Assembly (NCBI GenBank): GCA_905178155.1
Contig: CAJINV010000006.1
Coordinates: 4,030,130-4,094,129 of the forward strand
DNA from: Amoebophrya sp. A120
Taxonomy: Eukaryota; Protista; Dinoflagellata
Reading direction: 5' to 3'
Length of the DNA stretch: 64,000 nucleotides
Shown here: one piece after another, positions 1 through 15,000 of the stretch
Numbering within the stretch: position 1 is the first letter of the stretch
How the letters are laid out: every line of letters starts with the position of its first letter
Position numbers and translations under genes: made by a program
Notes under the pieces: model-generated
The model's input: only the letters and a program-made list of their open reading frames with translations
The model's database searches: none
What the model was told of the DNA's origin: nothing

Positions 1-48
1 ACCCAGCATCACAAGTTTCCACAGACCCCGACACTGTTACAATCCATA
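1..48. mobile_element. Introner family A, partial
   Basis: Degenerate right TIR ending CCATA. Confidence 0.6.
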
Positions 49-3000
49 ATCGTACTGACTATCATATTCCCCATCGTCTTCTGCAACCGAGCTCAGCTGG
101 GAGCCCTTCTATAACGCGCTCAGGTGTAGTTACAATCTCAAACGTTACGAATAGAATCTGGAATTTGTGTTGCAAAATGTGCAACATCTGGCCAACTCCC
201 ACAGGAGCGCGCATGACAAGTTTCGGAGCTCCAAACCACATGAGAATCTGGCGAAATTTGTATTGCGAAAACCCCAAGTCTCTGTACGGTACTCATGCTG
301 TTTATGCAAGACAAATTTCAGATTCTATTGTAAAACGTTTGAGATTGTAACGTCTGAGCAAGCCATACCTTCTGCGACCCCTTTTTCCTCTTTGAAGCCC
401 TGGTGCCCGTCGTTGCGCTAGACGCCGTGCTCGACCGGACACTGCTCATCATCTCCTGAGAGCCATCTTCCGTGCCGTCGTAGGATTGCTCGGTCTCTCC
501 GGAAGTCAGCACCGTCCCCCGGGACATCGAGCTCCTCCGGGAGCTCCGGCTCTTCCGGCCCTTTATGTATGCTGTGCAAAAGTATCGCACTCGTAGTAAT
601 TGCAATCATGCATCACAAAACTTTTTCTTAAGGTAAATCAGCATGAGAAACTCCTTTTGTCATGCTGCGAAAATTTGTAATGCGATTTCTACTAGTACGA
701 TGCTTTTGCAATGCATATCATCTCCTCGCCGGCGAATTCCGATTTCCTGCCCTTTTTCCCTTTGCCCTTCATGGTCTCCCGTTTCTTTAAGATCGGCCGC
801 AAATCCGGATTTTCTTCCCGGAACTTCCGCAGTCGTTCCTCGGATTCCAGCGCCTTTTCCTGCACCGCTTTTCTCATCAGTGAGAGTTGCCGGTACATGC
901 GCCAGGTTTTTTGAATCGTGATGGCCGCCCCGTTATGCATTGCAAAAGTATCGTACTAGTAGAAATTGCAATACAAATTTCCTTAGCATGAGAAATGGCA
1001 TTTGTCATGCGGATTTGCCTTAGCAAAAAGATTTGTAATGCAAGACTTGCATTCATACGAGTACGATAGTTTTGCACACGATACCCGTTCTGGTCGTTTT
1101 GCCGCATGGTCCTTCGTGCCCGCTTCTATCAAATGCAAAAATGTCTGGGTCTGGAAGGTTGGAGCTTGTGATGCTAACTTTGGACTCTACAAAAATCTGT
1201 ATTGCATGATCAGCAACAGGAGTCTAGTTTGTGCTACGCGGGGAGGGCATTTGTCATGCGGAATAGGCATCAGGAGGCTTTCTAAAAATCTGTGATGCTA
1301 GGTCATGCATTACAGACATCCTGGGTCATGCAAAATATGCATGACAAACCCGGAAACATTCCAGACCCAGACATTTTTGCATTTCATAGCTTCATCTCGT
1401 GAATGATGATCGCGGTGATCAACCCGACCGGCGCGCCTAGGAACCCCGTATGAACGTGCGCAATTCCCCCTCGTTCTCATTTCTCATGCAAAATCCAAAT
1501 CCAGTTGTTCCCTTGGATCAGTATTATGCATGACAAATGCTGGAAGCTGCCCAAACACAGCACTACAATCCGTGCATAAACTTGTCATGCACAGCATGCA
1601 CGTGCGCTGGTGTTTGTATTGCTGTTCATGCTATACAAATGAGGGGGAAGGGGAGGGGGAGGGGGAGCTATGTGCACTCTCATACCCCGTCATGAAAATC
1701 CACATCACAAAGTGGATCAACCTGGCCAGCAAGCAGTACTCGACGAGCGGGTAGTATCCAGAAAAAAAAGCGTGTAAGTGTAACTTTCTTTGAGGAACAG
1801 CATCACAAATTTGCTCTACATGACAGAGAAAACCTGTCATGCGTGGTTTGTAAGGGAAAACACACAGGAAAAGAGGACTTCATGGCTGTCTGGCATGACA
1901 GGCGTAACTCTGTTGCATCTTCTGCAAGACAAATTTACACTTACACAGTTTTTTTCTCGCGATAGGTAGTCCCCGGTGGAGTGAATCATCATGAACTGCA
2001 ACGACGCGACGAAGGAGTAGTATCGGGATCTTAAAGACGATTCCTCTTCTTCCGCTTCCGGAGCTAAATCCACCGCGTCATACTCACAGAGACGGTATCA
2101 ACTGCAAATTATATGTCTGGGTCTGCAAGCGTGGAGCGTTAGTTTGTCATGCACATTTTGCATGACCCATGATGTTTGTGATGCATGCCCTAGCATCGCA
2201 GGTTTTTCACGGCCTTCTTGATGCCTATCCCGCATGAGAAATGCCGTCTCCGCATAGCAACAACTGGAGTCCTCTTGCTCTTCATGCTATACAAATTTTT
2301 GTAGTATCCAAAGTTAGCATCACAAGTTGCAATCTTCCAGGAGACCCAGACAGATTTGCAATGCATAGACGGATGAAGTAGGTGAAGATGAGGAGAAAAC
2401 AAATGAACCCGTAGAAAATGCACCACAGCTCGGTGCCGTATTTCGTGAAGATTCTCAAAAGAATCCGCAGGGAGGGGGAAAACCGATCGATGACGCAGAT
2501 GATGAACATCCGGGCCGCGACGGCGAAGGCCGCAATATCCTCAATCCCCTTCCGCGGATCGTTGTCTGAAAAAGTGATGTAGAGGTTTCGCGAATAGACC
2601 CGCATAATGGACGTCGTCGCCGCGGCGATCAGGAACACCCCGTGCCCGAAACCGGCTAGGGTTCGGCAGTACCAGAGATTGGCCGCGGAAAACGTGGCGA
2701 GAAGGAAGTCCACGAGGAGCAAGAGAAGGACGATCAAATCCAGCCACTTCATGAACCGGGCTAGCAACTGACTGGGCTCGAACCCCATCAGCTCCTCGAT
2801 ATCGTCGACGTAATCGACATCGTAGAATTGCAGAAACGAAAACCATATCCAATGCAAATACGTCTGGGTCTGGAAACTTGTGATGCCAAAATGTGCATGA
2901 CTGAAACGCTTTCGAATGCAGCCAAGCATGACAAGTTCTTGCAACGCGGTCTCAGGCGTAGCGCGCATGACAAACTGCGTTTTTGCATCACAAAGAACAC

Positions 3001-6000
3001 TGTGCATTTGTTAAGTAGTCATGCAATACAGATTTCCTTGGAATGTAAGGCCAGCATCACAAGTTCACTTTTTCCAGACCCAGACGTCTTTGCAATTGAT
3101 AAACCAGTCATCGGCATGGGTTTGTTCCTTGAGGTCCGCCATCGCCTCGTCCTTGCTGACGGTGAATTTCGCTAAATGATCGAACTCATCCGCGGGTAAG
3201 TAAACCTGGAAGAGCTTATCCTTCAAGAAAGCCGCATTGGTCGCAGTAGCCCTGTCGTAGACCTTCTTCTCGACATCGCTTGTCGGGTTCGCGTTCCTCG
3301 CGGCTTGAATCGTGAACGGCTTACGCGCTGCACTTCTCGTTACCAATTTTGCGACGATCTTGAATTTGTCACTGTCCAAGAACTATGCATTGCAAACATG
3401 TCTGGGTCTGGAAACTTCTGTTGCTGATGCTTGCATTGCAGACTGGCTGCTGGTACGGCACAAGAGCATGAGAAATTTCCCTCGGCTCCTTGCGGAGCAC
3501 TCATTCGTATTTAGCATGACAAACTGCCTTCCAGCACGATAAGAAAGCCGATCCATCGCATGCATGCATTACAGATTTTGTCGTCCTTCAAAGTTCGCAT
3601 CACAAATCCAGGCCCAGACATATTTGCATTTGATAAAAACTTTGCCTCGGTCGCAATCATCACCGACGCGAGTTTGTTCAGCGACTTCTTAATCTCCTCA
3701 GTGTTGTTTTCCTGCAGCATCTTGTTGAGCGACCGGATGGTAAACCAGATCCTTAGATTCTCCGGGTGCTTTGTCAACCCCGCACTGACGCCGGGAATCT
3801 TGCCCTGCAAGTGCGCAATGTGTCCCCCCGCTTGCTTGAACTGCCGCATTGTCCGCCCTATCAAATGCAAATATGTCTGGGCCTGGGAATTTGTAGTGAT
3901 GCTAAAAAGTGCAAGAGGAAAGCACTTCCTCATGCAGGAAAGCGTGACAAGTTTGCAGAACGCTTTCCCATACGAATTTCGCATGAAAAACTGCGTTTTT
4001 GTATGACATGAGAGGCTACCGCTTTTGTTGGTCATGCAATACAGATTTCACCGGAATGCAAGACCAGCATTCAAAGTTTGTTCAGAACTTTCCAGACCCA
4101 GACATATTTGCATTTGGTACGCCCGAACTCGTGCAAATTGTGCGAGTGGTCGTGGTTGCCGGGGAAAAAGGTTTGGCTTTCCTTCTTTTGAATAAAGGCA
4201 CGCGGGGGGCGGAAGGAGGAGTCGTCGTTTCCTTCTTCTTCTGCCTCCGCTTTGCTGCTTCGCATCTGTGCCTCGACTGCCTGTCTGTGCTCCAACTCCG
4301 CGAACTCTAATTCCACTTCTTCCACCGTTTTCACCAATTTTTCCACCGGTGTCTGCCACCACATGCTCTGCAGAATCTGCGACTTGGCGTGGGTGCTCGC
4401 GAACTCGAAGGAGTCATTTAGCATCTGCAAGTCTTGTTTGAGCTTTTGTTTCTTCGATAATTTCAGTTTTAGCTTCTTTTTTTCCCGCTTTATTTTCAAT
4501 TGCAGAAACGCGCCGGGCTCTTCGTTTTCGTCGCCCTCCTCTTCACCGCCGTCGTCATGGTCATCACCCTCTTCGCCACCATCGTCGTCATCATGGTGTT
4601 CCGAACCGTCGTCGTGCATCTCATCATCTCCATGCTCATCGTGATCGTCGTGCTCCTCCTCCTCGTCCCCACCATCTGCACCTCCACCGTTATTCATCAT
4701 TCCATTCGCCGCCATCGCGCCGGCCGCCCCAGCAACCGCCCCGGCTCCCGCAGCTCCTGCTGCGCCCAACTGTCCATTTAGCCCCGCGCTCCGGGCGCTC
4801 CCGGAGACCGCGCGGGCTTCTTGCGGGATCAGCCCCGCTTGCGCCGCCTTCTGTATGATGGTGGCGACCACGGGCTTGGGTAAAGGTTGCCCCGCTTGGG
4901 TCGTGACCTGCACGATTTCGTCCACGGAATAGCCCTTCTGCGCCAATTTGACCACATCTCCGGGCGTGATCTTCTGACCGGGAACGGAGGGGTCCAACTT
5001 TCCCGGTGGGGACGAGTTTTCTTCATCCTGATGCTCAGCAGGCGTGTTGAGTTGCCCATGATCGTCGGAGTGATCACCTTCATCGGTGTTTTCAGTACCT
5101 TTTCCACCGCCCTTGCTCGGGTTCGCAGCCCCATTCGGAGGGGCATCGGTCATGGGCTGCTCTTCGTCGGTGAGAACGGCGTCTAAATCGGCCTCGCCAT
5201 CCTTTGCACCGGCGGCTTCGTCCTTTTCCCTTTGCAGTTCCTCCTCGTCCTCCAGCTCTTCTTGTCTTTTCCTCTCCTCGTCCTGGCGTTTTTTGTCCTT
5301 CTCTTCCTCCGCGACAATGTTGATGTCCGAAGAGTGAATCCCGTCGGTCAGAGGCTCTTGAACAGTCGTCGGCGGCGTGTTGGATTCGACCGGTTTTGTC
5401 ACCGGGTTGTCGGGGATTTGCTGCGCGATGTTGTTCATCGCGATGATAGCATCCGGGTGCTGCACTCGCTCCGTGTGGAGAATGTGCACGTCCGTCATCC
5501 AAGAAAAAAACTGTGTAAGTGTAGCTTTCTTCGGCTGACAGCATCACAAATTTGCTCTGCATGACCACAGAGAAAACCTGTCATGCGTGGTCTGTAAGGC
5601 AGAACACACTTGGAAAGAGGACCTCGTGGCTGTCTGGCATGACAGGCGTAACTCTGTTGCATGTTCTGCATCACCGATTTACACTTACATAGTTTTTTTC
5701 TTCCATATCCGTCCGCATCAATTCATTCAAAAACCGATCCGATCCGTGCTGCTATCAACTGCAAAAATGTCTGGGTCTGGAAACTTGTAATGCTGCGTTG
5801 GGAATAGTGCATGCTCTGTAATGCACAGGCAAGCATGAGAAATATCTGCCCTTCTTTGTGTTGCGTTTTTCGCATGACAAACTGCGTTTTTGCATGACAG
5901 GCGAAAGGGTCTCGTCTTGGAAACGCATCACAAACTTTTTGGTCATGCCAGACAAGCATGACAAGTCTCGCAATCTTCCAGACCCAGACATTTTTGCATT

Positions 6001-9000
6001 TGATAGCTGCGTCATGATTGCTACCTCCAATGCAAACCCGCAGTTGTGTTCCTGCTTCAAGGGCAACACCAGCCCGATCTCGTGCGCGGATTGGGAGATG
6101 TGGGTTTTCAATTGCTCCACCATGCGAAACCGGTCGAGGTATTCCACGTGGTCTAGATCGAACGCCATGGCAACCGTGTATTGTGGCGGGGCAGCGGGAC
6201 CCGCAGCTCCGGCGCCATTTGCCGCCTATGAAGTGCAAAAGTATCGTACTCGTATGAATGCATGACAAATTCCCTCAGCGTGAGAAATAAAATTTGTATT
6301 GCGGATTTACCTTGAGAAAAAAAATTGTAATGCATGACTGCAATGACTACGAGTACGATATTTTTGCACAGGATACCGCCTGTTCCGCGGCGAACTCTTG
6401 TTCAATCGCCGCTTCTATCAAATGCAAACATGTCTGGGAGTCTGGAAACTTGTAATGCTAGAAGTGAATGATATGCGCACTTCAATACGCAGCCAAGCAT
6501 GACAAGTCTTTAAGCTGCTACGTGTTTCGTTTTCCGCATGGCAAACTGCGTCTTTGCATGACACGCAAGAGGCCCTTCTCCTGCTCATGCATCACAGATC
6601 TAAGAGTTCTGCCACACAAGCATAACAAACTTGCACTCTTCCAGGCCCAGAAATATTTGCTGTGCATAGCTTCCGCGACATCCTCATCCGTTGGTGCTGC
6701 AGCTGCTTTTTTCTCCTTCTTATCTTTTTTGTCCTTCTTGTCCTTTTTGTCTTTCTTATCCGCCCTACTCTCCACCCGGGAAGACAATCCCATCGCCTCT
6801 GCGGTTTCCAATAACGTCTGGAGGAACGAGGAAGAACTTAGCGGCTCGGCCGCTGCACCAGCAGTTCCCCCCTTCGCGCCGCCAAACGGTTTTTCGTACT
6901 TAAACGCGTTTATCACTAGGTCCACATCTTCGGACCTTTGCTTCGGCAAATGTTTCGAGGTCAATCCCACCATTTCGCAGGTCTGCCGGGCGTTCCAATG
7001 CGTGATGTAGCAGGCGTCATCCGTGACGGGGAGAGGGAGGTAGACATCGGAGGAAGACCACAGCCCTGCACCGGAAAGCTCCTCGGGCTTCGTGACTTCG
7101 AAGTCGCCGATGTCATCGTCTGCGTCGCCCCAGTACCTTTTGATTATATGGTGAAAAATTTGTCATGCGGAGATGCGAAATAGAATCGGATAAAACTTGT
7201 CATGCGCATCGACTACGAGTATCACAGTACAAACTCTACCTAGGATCCTCCTCATCGTCGTCGTCCAAATTGTGGTCTGCATGCTCCACGTGGTGCTCGT
7301 CTACGTGGTGAAAATCCGGCTGCTCCCGGATCGTCAGCCGTATGCTGAGCAAAAACGTCCCCATCCCAGAGTCAAGTTGGCAACTCAGCAAAAGAAATCC
7401 AGAAGTTTTGGGGACGACGCATGACAAGTTTCTCTCTGTACTGTAGTACAGGCGGGTAGCAGGCACAGCCGCATAGCAAAGCCATTCTCCTATTCTTCTC
7501 ACAGCATTACAAATTCCAAAACACGACTGGAAATGCCTGTCATGCGGGCGCGTATTCCAAATGTTGCTGTAAATGTAATTGCCAATCTGCATGACAACTC
7601 TGGTATGGGGACGTTTTTACTCAGGATAAGCCGCATCTGCTTGTTATCCCGCAACTGGTATGAATTGCAAAAGCACTATCGTACTAGTAGGAATTGCATT
7701 ACAACTTTCCTTAGCATGAGAAATGGGATTTGTAATGCTGATTGACCTTAGGAAAAAGATTTGTAAATGCATAGCTGCAATTACTACGAGTACGATCCTT
7801 TTTTACTAGATAACTGGCTGTTCTCGCGCGCGCAGACCATAAACCGATCCTCGCCGTGGGAGAATTTTTCGATCATGGCGCGGTTCATGAACGCGTGGTT
7901 GGTAGGGATGTCTAACACCCGGAAAAACTTCGTGACGTACTGCTCCCCGACCGCGTCCGCTATTGTGAGGAAAAATCCCGCCTCCCCATATTGAAAGCGC
8001 ATTTTTCTGAAAATCTGTGATGCAGATTTGTAGTCACAAATCCGGTCTGTCTTGCATGAAGGCAAATCCAGAGACTCCGCCGTATTACGCAGGCGGTTTG
8101 TAATGCTGTTATGCCTACACCGTCGACGTTTTGAATGCTAGGGGCCTACGCCAAAACCTCGCGCCTCAGGCTTGGCATATGCCTGCAGTCCTCTACTGCA
8201 AGACAAATCTGATTTGTATACTGAGATCCAGCATCAGAAACTTCGTTTTGATATGTGGAGGGGGGATCTTTCCTCTTGATATCCGCCCAGGATATTTCCG
8301 ATCCGTATCGATGCTGGTACACCGCTGCGTCGTAGGCGCCGCGGAAGTATGCATTGCAAATATGCCTGGGTCTGGAAACTTGTGATGCAAGTCAGGGAAC
8401 ATTGCGCACATTGTGATGCACTACCGAGCATGACAAATCTGTCCGTGGTTCTGAGTTGCGTAATCCGCATGAGAAAGTGCGTCTTTGCATGACAGGCAAG
8501 AGGAGCTCTTTGCGGCCACGCAATACAGAGCGCGGAGTCATACCAGACTAGCATGACAAATCTCACAATCTCGAAGGCCCAGACATCATATTTGCAGTAG
8601 ATAGAAAGCGGTACTTGACGTTTTTGTGCAAGCGAACCGCGCCCGTTTCTTCGTCGATCTCCATCATCTTGTATCAACTGCAAAAGTGTGTGATTCTGGA
8701 AGAATGCCAGACTTGTCATGCACGTTTTCCATGACCCACGAGCTCTGGTATGTAGGACATACCATGACAGATTCTGTGAGAGTTCTATCATGCCTATCCT
8801 ACATGAGAAATTGCCTCGCGATTAGGTCAAAAGTGGACAGCTTTTGGTAATCATGCAACACAGACTTTTACATGATTCAGATTTAGCATGACAAGTTGCT
8901 TTGTTCCAGACCCAGACATTTTTGCATTTGATATCTTGTCGCCGGCGTCTTCCCCAGTGGGTGTCGTCGACTTCACCGGAGTCAGTGCCCAGAACATCGT

Positions 9001-12000
9001 ATCCACAGCAAACCTACCGTATAATAGACTGTGTACTGGCGTTATTTCTGCATGACAAAACTTTTCCCCAATAGTCACGCAGCATGACAAAAGTACGTAG
9101 TTCAGATTGGCAAAGTTAGTTGTGATGCATTCTGTCCATTGATAATACGGTAAACTTGTCTTGCATACATGGCCATCTGGTTGAACTCATTTTGGTAGAC
9201 GGAGTCCTGGTCTCCCATCCCGATAGCGATGAATTTTTTGTCGCGGTAAAAATTCTTGGGCGGATCACCAACCTCGTAGGGAAAGTCAGATTTGATTTCT
9301 TCCGGTGGGGTTTTTTTCAAATCCCGCGTCATTTTCCGCGGCGTGTGTAACGCTTTCGCGTCCTTCGCGGCCATTTCCTCGGCTTCTCTCGTGCTGTTCA
9401 CGTCCACAATGAGCTTTCTCTCCGTGCCCTCAAAGTACTCTGCGGTCGTCCCCACCTGGATGAGAGACAGCTCGTGCTGCAGCTCCGGCACCATCAGAAT
9501 CGCGGTGTACCCGTGGCAGGTGTAAACAGTCGTGATCGCGATAGAGAGGAAAACCAAGATCCCGACGAAAATGGAGTAGAGTCGGCCGTACTCCGTGTTA
9601 GTCGTCCACATGAATTCGTACCAGCCGCTTCCAAGGGGAGTTTTGTCGGAGCGTTCCGGTAACAATTCTTCAGCTAACTCCTTGTCCTGCAACATTTTCT
9701 CGTGCTTCGCGTACCACTCGTCTTCTTCCTCCTCCTGGGTTTTCTTGCTCTTCTTCCCGCTCTTCAACATGGAGGAAGCGAACCCGGAAGTGTACGCTGA
9801 AGTCGCGCCGGTTTGCTGTGACGTGCGTAAACTAGACCGGTACAACTCGCTATCCATGCCGCTGGAGCCCGGTTCTTGGGAGTCGTAGGACTGAAGCGCA
9901 CTCCCCTCCGGGTAATTGCCTGCTCCTGGACCGAAGGAAGCGCTGCTGTCCGGGTACGCTCCGTCTTCGTCGTAGTTCTGACTGTCGTACCCCTCGTAAT
10001 TGCTGGCCTTGTGCTTTCCTTCCTTCTGGTGCTTATCTTTCGACGCCGGAATTATTTTCCGTTTCATCCAAGTCTTCACATCTTCTTTGTCTTTCCGCTT
10101 GTTCGTAGAAGTTTTTTTTGCACCCGATGAAATTTTAGACGACGACGCGGTTTTATTCTGCTTCTTGTGGTCGCCCTCGGAGTAGTAGAGCTGTTGCCCG
10201 TACTATCGCAAGAAAAAACTGTTTCACTGTGAACTTATGATGCATAGAACGGAACGCAAATGCGTTTGTCCTGCTACACATGCAAGACATTGGATTTTTA
10301 GCTGTGTTTTCCCTTAGGAAGCACGCATGCCAAGTTTTCTTTGTCATGTGTAACAAACTTGTGGTGCAGATCTTGCAAAATCGTCACAGCGAAACAGTTT
10401 TTTCGTGGGATACGTACTCCGACATCTGCCCGTCGGATTGTCCGTATCCCCCGGCACTGTAGCCCGCGTCCGAGGCACCGTATCCCTCCTCATCGTTGTA
10501 TTCCTCCCCATTCTCTTCATTTGCGTCGTACTCTTCGTCGTATTCCCCAGAAGCGCCTACTCCGCTCTCCTCATTTTTCTCCGTCTCGTCGCTCGAGTCT
10601 TCTATCCTATTTGAAAACATCCCCACCCCATAGCTGTCATGCAGATTTGCATCTACAGAAAAATCTGTAATGCACATCCGCAGGAGAGCAATTTGTAGCC
10701 GTGTTCCGGGAAGATTTGTAATGCTGTAAACAGGATGAGCAGGCGTCTTTGTGATGCTGCTGTCCTTGCTAAACAGCACTACACTACAGATGGAAACTTG
10801 TCATGCGTAACTCCCAAAACTCGAAGATTTGTGTTGCAGATTTATCAACTTGACTATGTATGGTGTGGGGACGTTTTTACTCAGGATATCTTCGTCATCA
10901 TCGTCATCGTCGTCGTCGTCGTCGTCCGAGCTCGACATCTCGTCCGCGAAGTAGGCTTATCCACTGCAAATATGTCTGGGTCTGGAAGGTGGATGCAAAC
11001 TTGTTATGCTAACTCTGAATCGTGCAAAAATCTGTGTTGCATGAACCGCAAAAGTTACCCAGTTCTTGCCACAAGATTCAAGTTTCTCATGCGGCTTTTG
11101 CAAAGAACTTTGTGATGCAGCTTCTCGGTGCATTTCTGACCATCTTTGTGATCCACGAGATGCATGACAAACTTTGCTCTCTGTCTTCCAGAGGACCTCG
11201 ACATATTTGCAATTCATAAGGCTTGTTGCATGTAGGATTGGTAAGCGGAGGCGAACAGTCCCGCTGGCAAGGCAAAGATTGCTCCGGCGTATAAATACAG
11301 AATACAGTGAAACGCCCGGCTCATGCCCTGGCCGGAGAAATCATCCCAGGGGGCCTCGCCCGTCAGCGTTAACCCCGTGACCCACATCGCCTTCTATCCT
11401 GTGGAAAAACGTCCCCACGCCAATGCAAATGCGCCATGACAGGAACATTTGTCATGCGCATCTCCATGAGAGGCATTATTTATCTCCAATCGTAATATTT
11501 TGGACTTTGTAATGCTGTAACCAGGATGAGAAGGCGGCTTTCTCATGCGGCTGCCCTTGATGCTAACCAGAACTACCCTGCTGGTGGAAAAAACTTGTCA
11601 TGCGAAACAACCAAAGTTTGTCGATTTGTCTAGCAGATTTCCCATCTTGACTAACGAGTGGGGACGTTTTTCCTCACAATACCTTCCCCGGCGACCCCAT
11701 CCATTCCAAGCGCATCTCGTCGTTGGGGTTTTATCCAGGAAAAAAACTGTCTGTGTAAGTGTAACTCTGTAGGGAAAATAGCATCACAAATTCGCTTTGC
11801 ATTGCAGGGAAAACCTGTCATGCGCAGCCAGTACGTGAAAACACCTGTGAAAGTAACCTATGACGCAGACCCAGCATGACAAGCGTATAACAGTTTTGGA
11901 CTTTCTGCATCACAAACTTACACTCACATACTTTTTTTCTTGCGTAGGTTTCGAATCTCCATCAGGGACCAAAACGCCGCGGCGATCAGCAGAATAGAGG

Positions 12001-15000
12001 TGCTCCACACGACGAAGCACTCGTACAGGTGGTAGTAGGCGCCCGACATGAGAAAATAAATCTTCCGGAACACCCCGATCCTCCGTTCCAACACGAGAAT
12101 GCGGAATACCACAGCCCCGTAGCAAATCACCAAGTAGTCCTGGGCGTAATCCGGCCCGGGGAGGGTTTTGTGCTCACCGTGCAAGAATTGGTCCTGGTTG
12201 CCCCGCCCATACTGCAAAAACATGCCGAACATGATCGCAGAGGGAAGCCAGAACAACAACCGGCGCAACCCGTCCATGGTGAAGATAAACATCGGCGGCT
12301 TCCACTTTGGGTCCATCTCTGGGGCGCCGATGGGGTCGATCTCCAAATCATGATCCTCGCGTCTCCTGAGTAAAAACGTCGCCACCCCAGAGTTGTCATG
12401 CAGATTTGCAGTCACACGCAGATTTGTAATCCGCATCCCCATGAGAGGCATTTCCAATCGTGTTCTGGAATTTGGGATGCTGTAAACAGGATGGGCAGAT
12501 GGATTTGTGATATGGTTGTCCTTGCTAGAATGCACTACACTACGGAGTGCAACTTGTCATGCGCGGCTCCCAAAACTTCTGGATTTGTGTTGCTAAGTTC
12601 CCAACTTGACTCTGGGGTGGGGACGTTTTCACATATGATAACGCGGTAACGGCGTTTCAAGGCGACAATCGGGATCATGTGCTTGTTGTTTTCCACCACC
12701 CGCAGGCAGTAGTGCATGAAGAAGAGCAGCGTGGCGATGATTTCAAAGATCAAACAGGACTTCAACCGTCGGCCGTATTCCTCCACCAGGAAATTTTCGT
12801 GGCAGTTTTCCTTGCAGAACGCGTTCTTGATGGCCCAGTAGTAGCTCTGCGACCGCGGGTATGAAAGAAAAAAACTGTGTTTCTAGTGTACGTGTCTTCG
12901 AGTGACAGCATGACAAACTTCCTCCGCATGACAGAGAAAGTTTGTCATGCCCAGCCACGGCACGTGAAAACACGCACGAGAGGAAAACTTTATGGGTGTT
13001 CGGCATGACAAGTGTATACTATTTTTCATTTTCTGCATCACAGACTCACACTATACGCAGTTTTTTCCTTGCGTAGGGGGGTTCGGTCCGCGGAGAGGAA
13101 ATACGCATGGTCGTTGTGGTAGATCGGTGCTAATTCTCCCCCGTGTCGGTCCAGGTTTTGGTGGCTGAAAATCTTCGAGGTCACTGCCCGGTCGAATAAC
13201 ATCATGACAACGATGGACACGATTCCCGTGAATTCCAAAAACCGGTTGACCCAGGGGGACATCACCAGCTTGGAAGTGAGCTCCTTGTAAATGCCGTACT
13301 TCACCCTGCCCTTCCGGTCATCCAAGCTGTTTTTCGTCCGCGATTTCCGGGAGACCAGGTTGCCATCCGCGTCGTAAACCTCTTCAATTTCGTGGGTTTC
13401 CACCTCCGTGGAAGAACCAGAGGAATTACTGCTGCTGCTCCCTTCGCCTCCCTTGGAAGAGCTGTTGCCGTCCATCGAAAGGAGTTTCTTCTCCTTCACT
13501 CGGTTGTCTTCCTGACCCGCCTTCACCGCGTGCCAAACTTCGTCATCGTGCATCAGGTTGTCAATCTCGTGTTCAAACGTATCCAGTGCAAATATCTCTG
13601 GGTCTGGAATGTCGGAACTTGTGATGCTGGGCTTACATTCGTGCGCAATCTGTGTTGCATGACCACCAAAAGTCGCAGCGTCTTTTGTTTAGTACACAAA
13701 AACGCAGTTGTTCTTTCTCATGCGGACTGCGTATGAGAAAGCGTTCCACATGCTTGTCATGCTTGGCTGCATTCGGAACAACGTTCTCATCATCCACAGT
13801 TCAGCATCACAAATTTCCAGACTCAGACATATTTGCAATGCATAAAAAGCGTCCGAGCGCAACTCCCCGGACTCCGTTTCCGTCTCCTGCATGACCTCCT
13901 CCAACGCGCCCCCGAGCAGACCACAGGGAAACGCAATCGTGAGGGCGCCAAGGGTTGCCGCGTAGAAAATCGCAAACCGGGAGAGATTCGATTGGTGTTC
14001 TTCGCCGAGGGGGAATTCGCCGTTGAAGTTGAGAAAAGCCTCGTACATGGAGCTTGCGATCGAACTGTACTTGCCCTGGTGCCAGGACAAAATGGAGGAC
14101 TGCTTCGGGGACCCGTCTTCCGCCTCAATCACCCACTGCTCCTCTGGCCCGTACAGGTAGTACAGACACCCCTCCGTGACCCAAACCGAAATTAACAGCA
14201 TCAGGCCAATTTTCAGTAGTGTTCTCACGGACTGGAAGATGATGATGAAGATCTTGAATCCAGAGTTCGCCCGGTAGATGAGGAGATCGTTGGCCAGGTC
14301 GAAGACTTTGAAAATGATGAAGAGAAAGGACTCGTCCACGGCGGTTAACCTCACGTCTATCGAAGGAAAAAAGTGTTACAGTTACACATCATTTGTAGTG
14401 AATTCAGCATCACAAGTTTTCTCTGCATGATGTAATGCAAAGATCATAAGGAAAAACACACATGAAGCGAGACTCGCAAGCATTTTGCGCATGACAGAGG
14501 TCGTCTGTCTTGCATGTTTTGCAAGACAATGTGTACCTGTAACACTTTTTTCTTTGCATAGCGTCGGTGTACTCCGGCATGTTGGTTGCGATGACAAAGT
14601 CAAACGTGAGGTAGGCAATGATCGCCACGTCGACTTTGACGAGCAAGTCTTTCACGAAGTAGACCCATCCGGACGTGAAGCGATCTGGGTACACCCTGGA
14701 GGCTATCAACTGCAAATATGTCTGGGTCTGGAAACTTGTGATGCAAACCAGGGACTACTGGGCGCACTGTCATACGTGGCCAAGCATGACAAGTTTTTGA
14801 GGTGCTATGTGCAGCGTATTCCGCATGGCATGGCAGACTGCGCTTTTGCATGACAGACAAAACGATCTTTTTGCACCTACGCATGACAGAGGTCCCAGTC
14901 ATGTCAGACACGCATGACAAATTTGGCAATCTTCCAGACCCAGACATATTTGCAATGCATAGAGGCATAGTTGAACCGCATCGCCGTGATGAGAAACAGC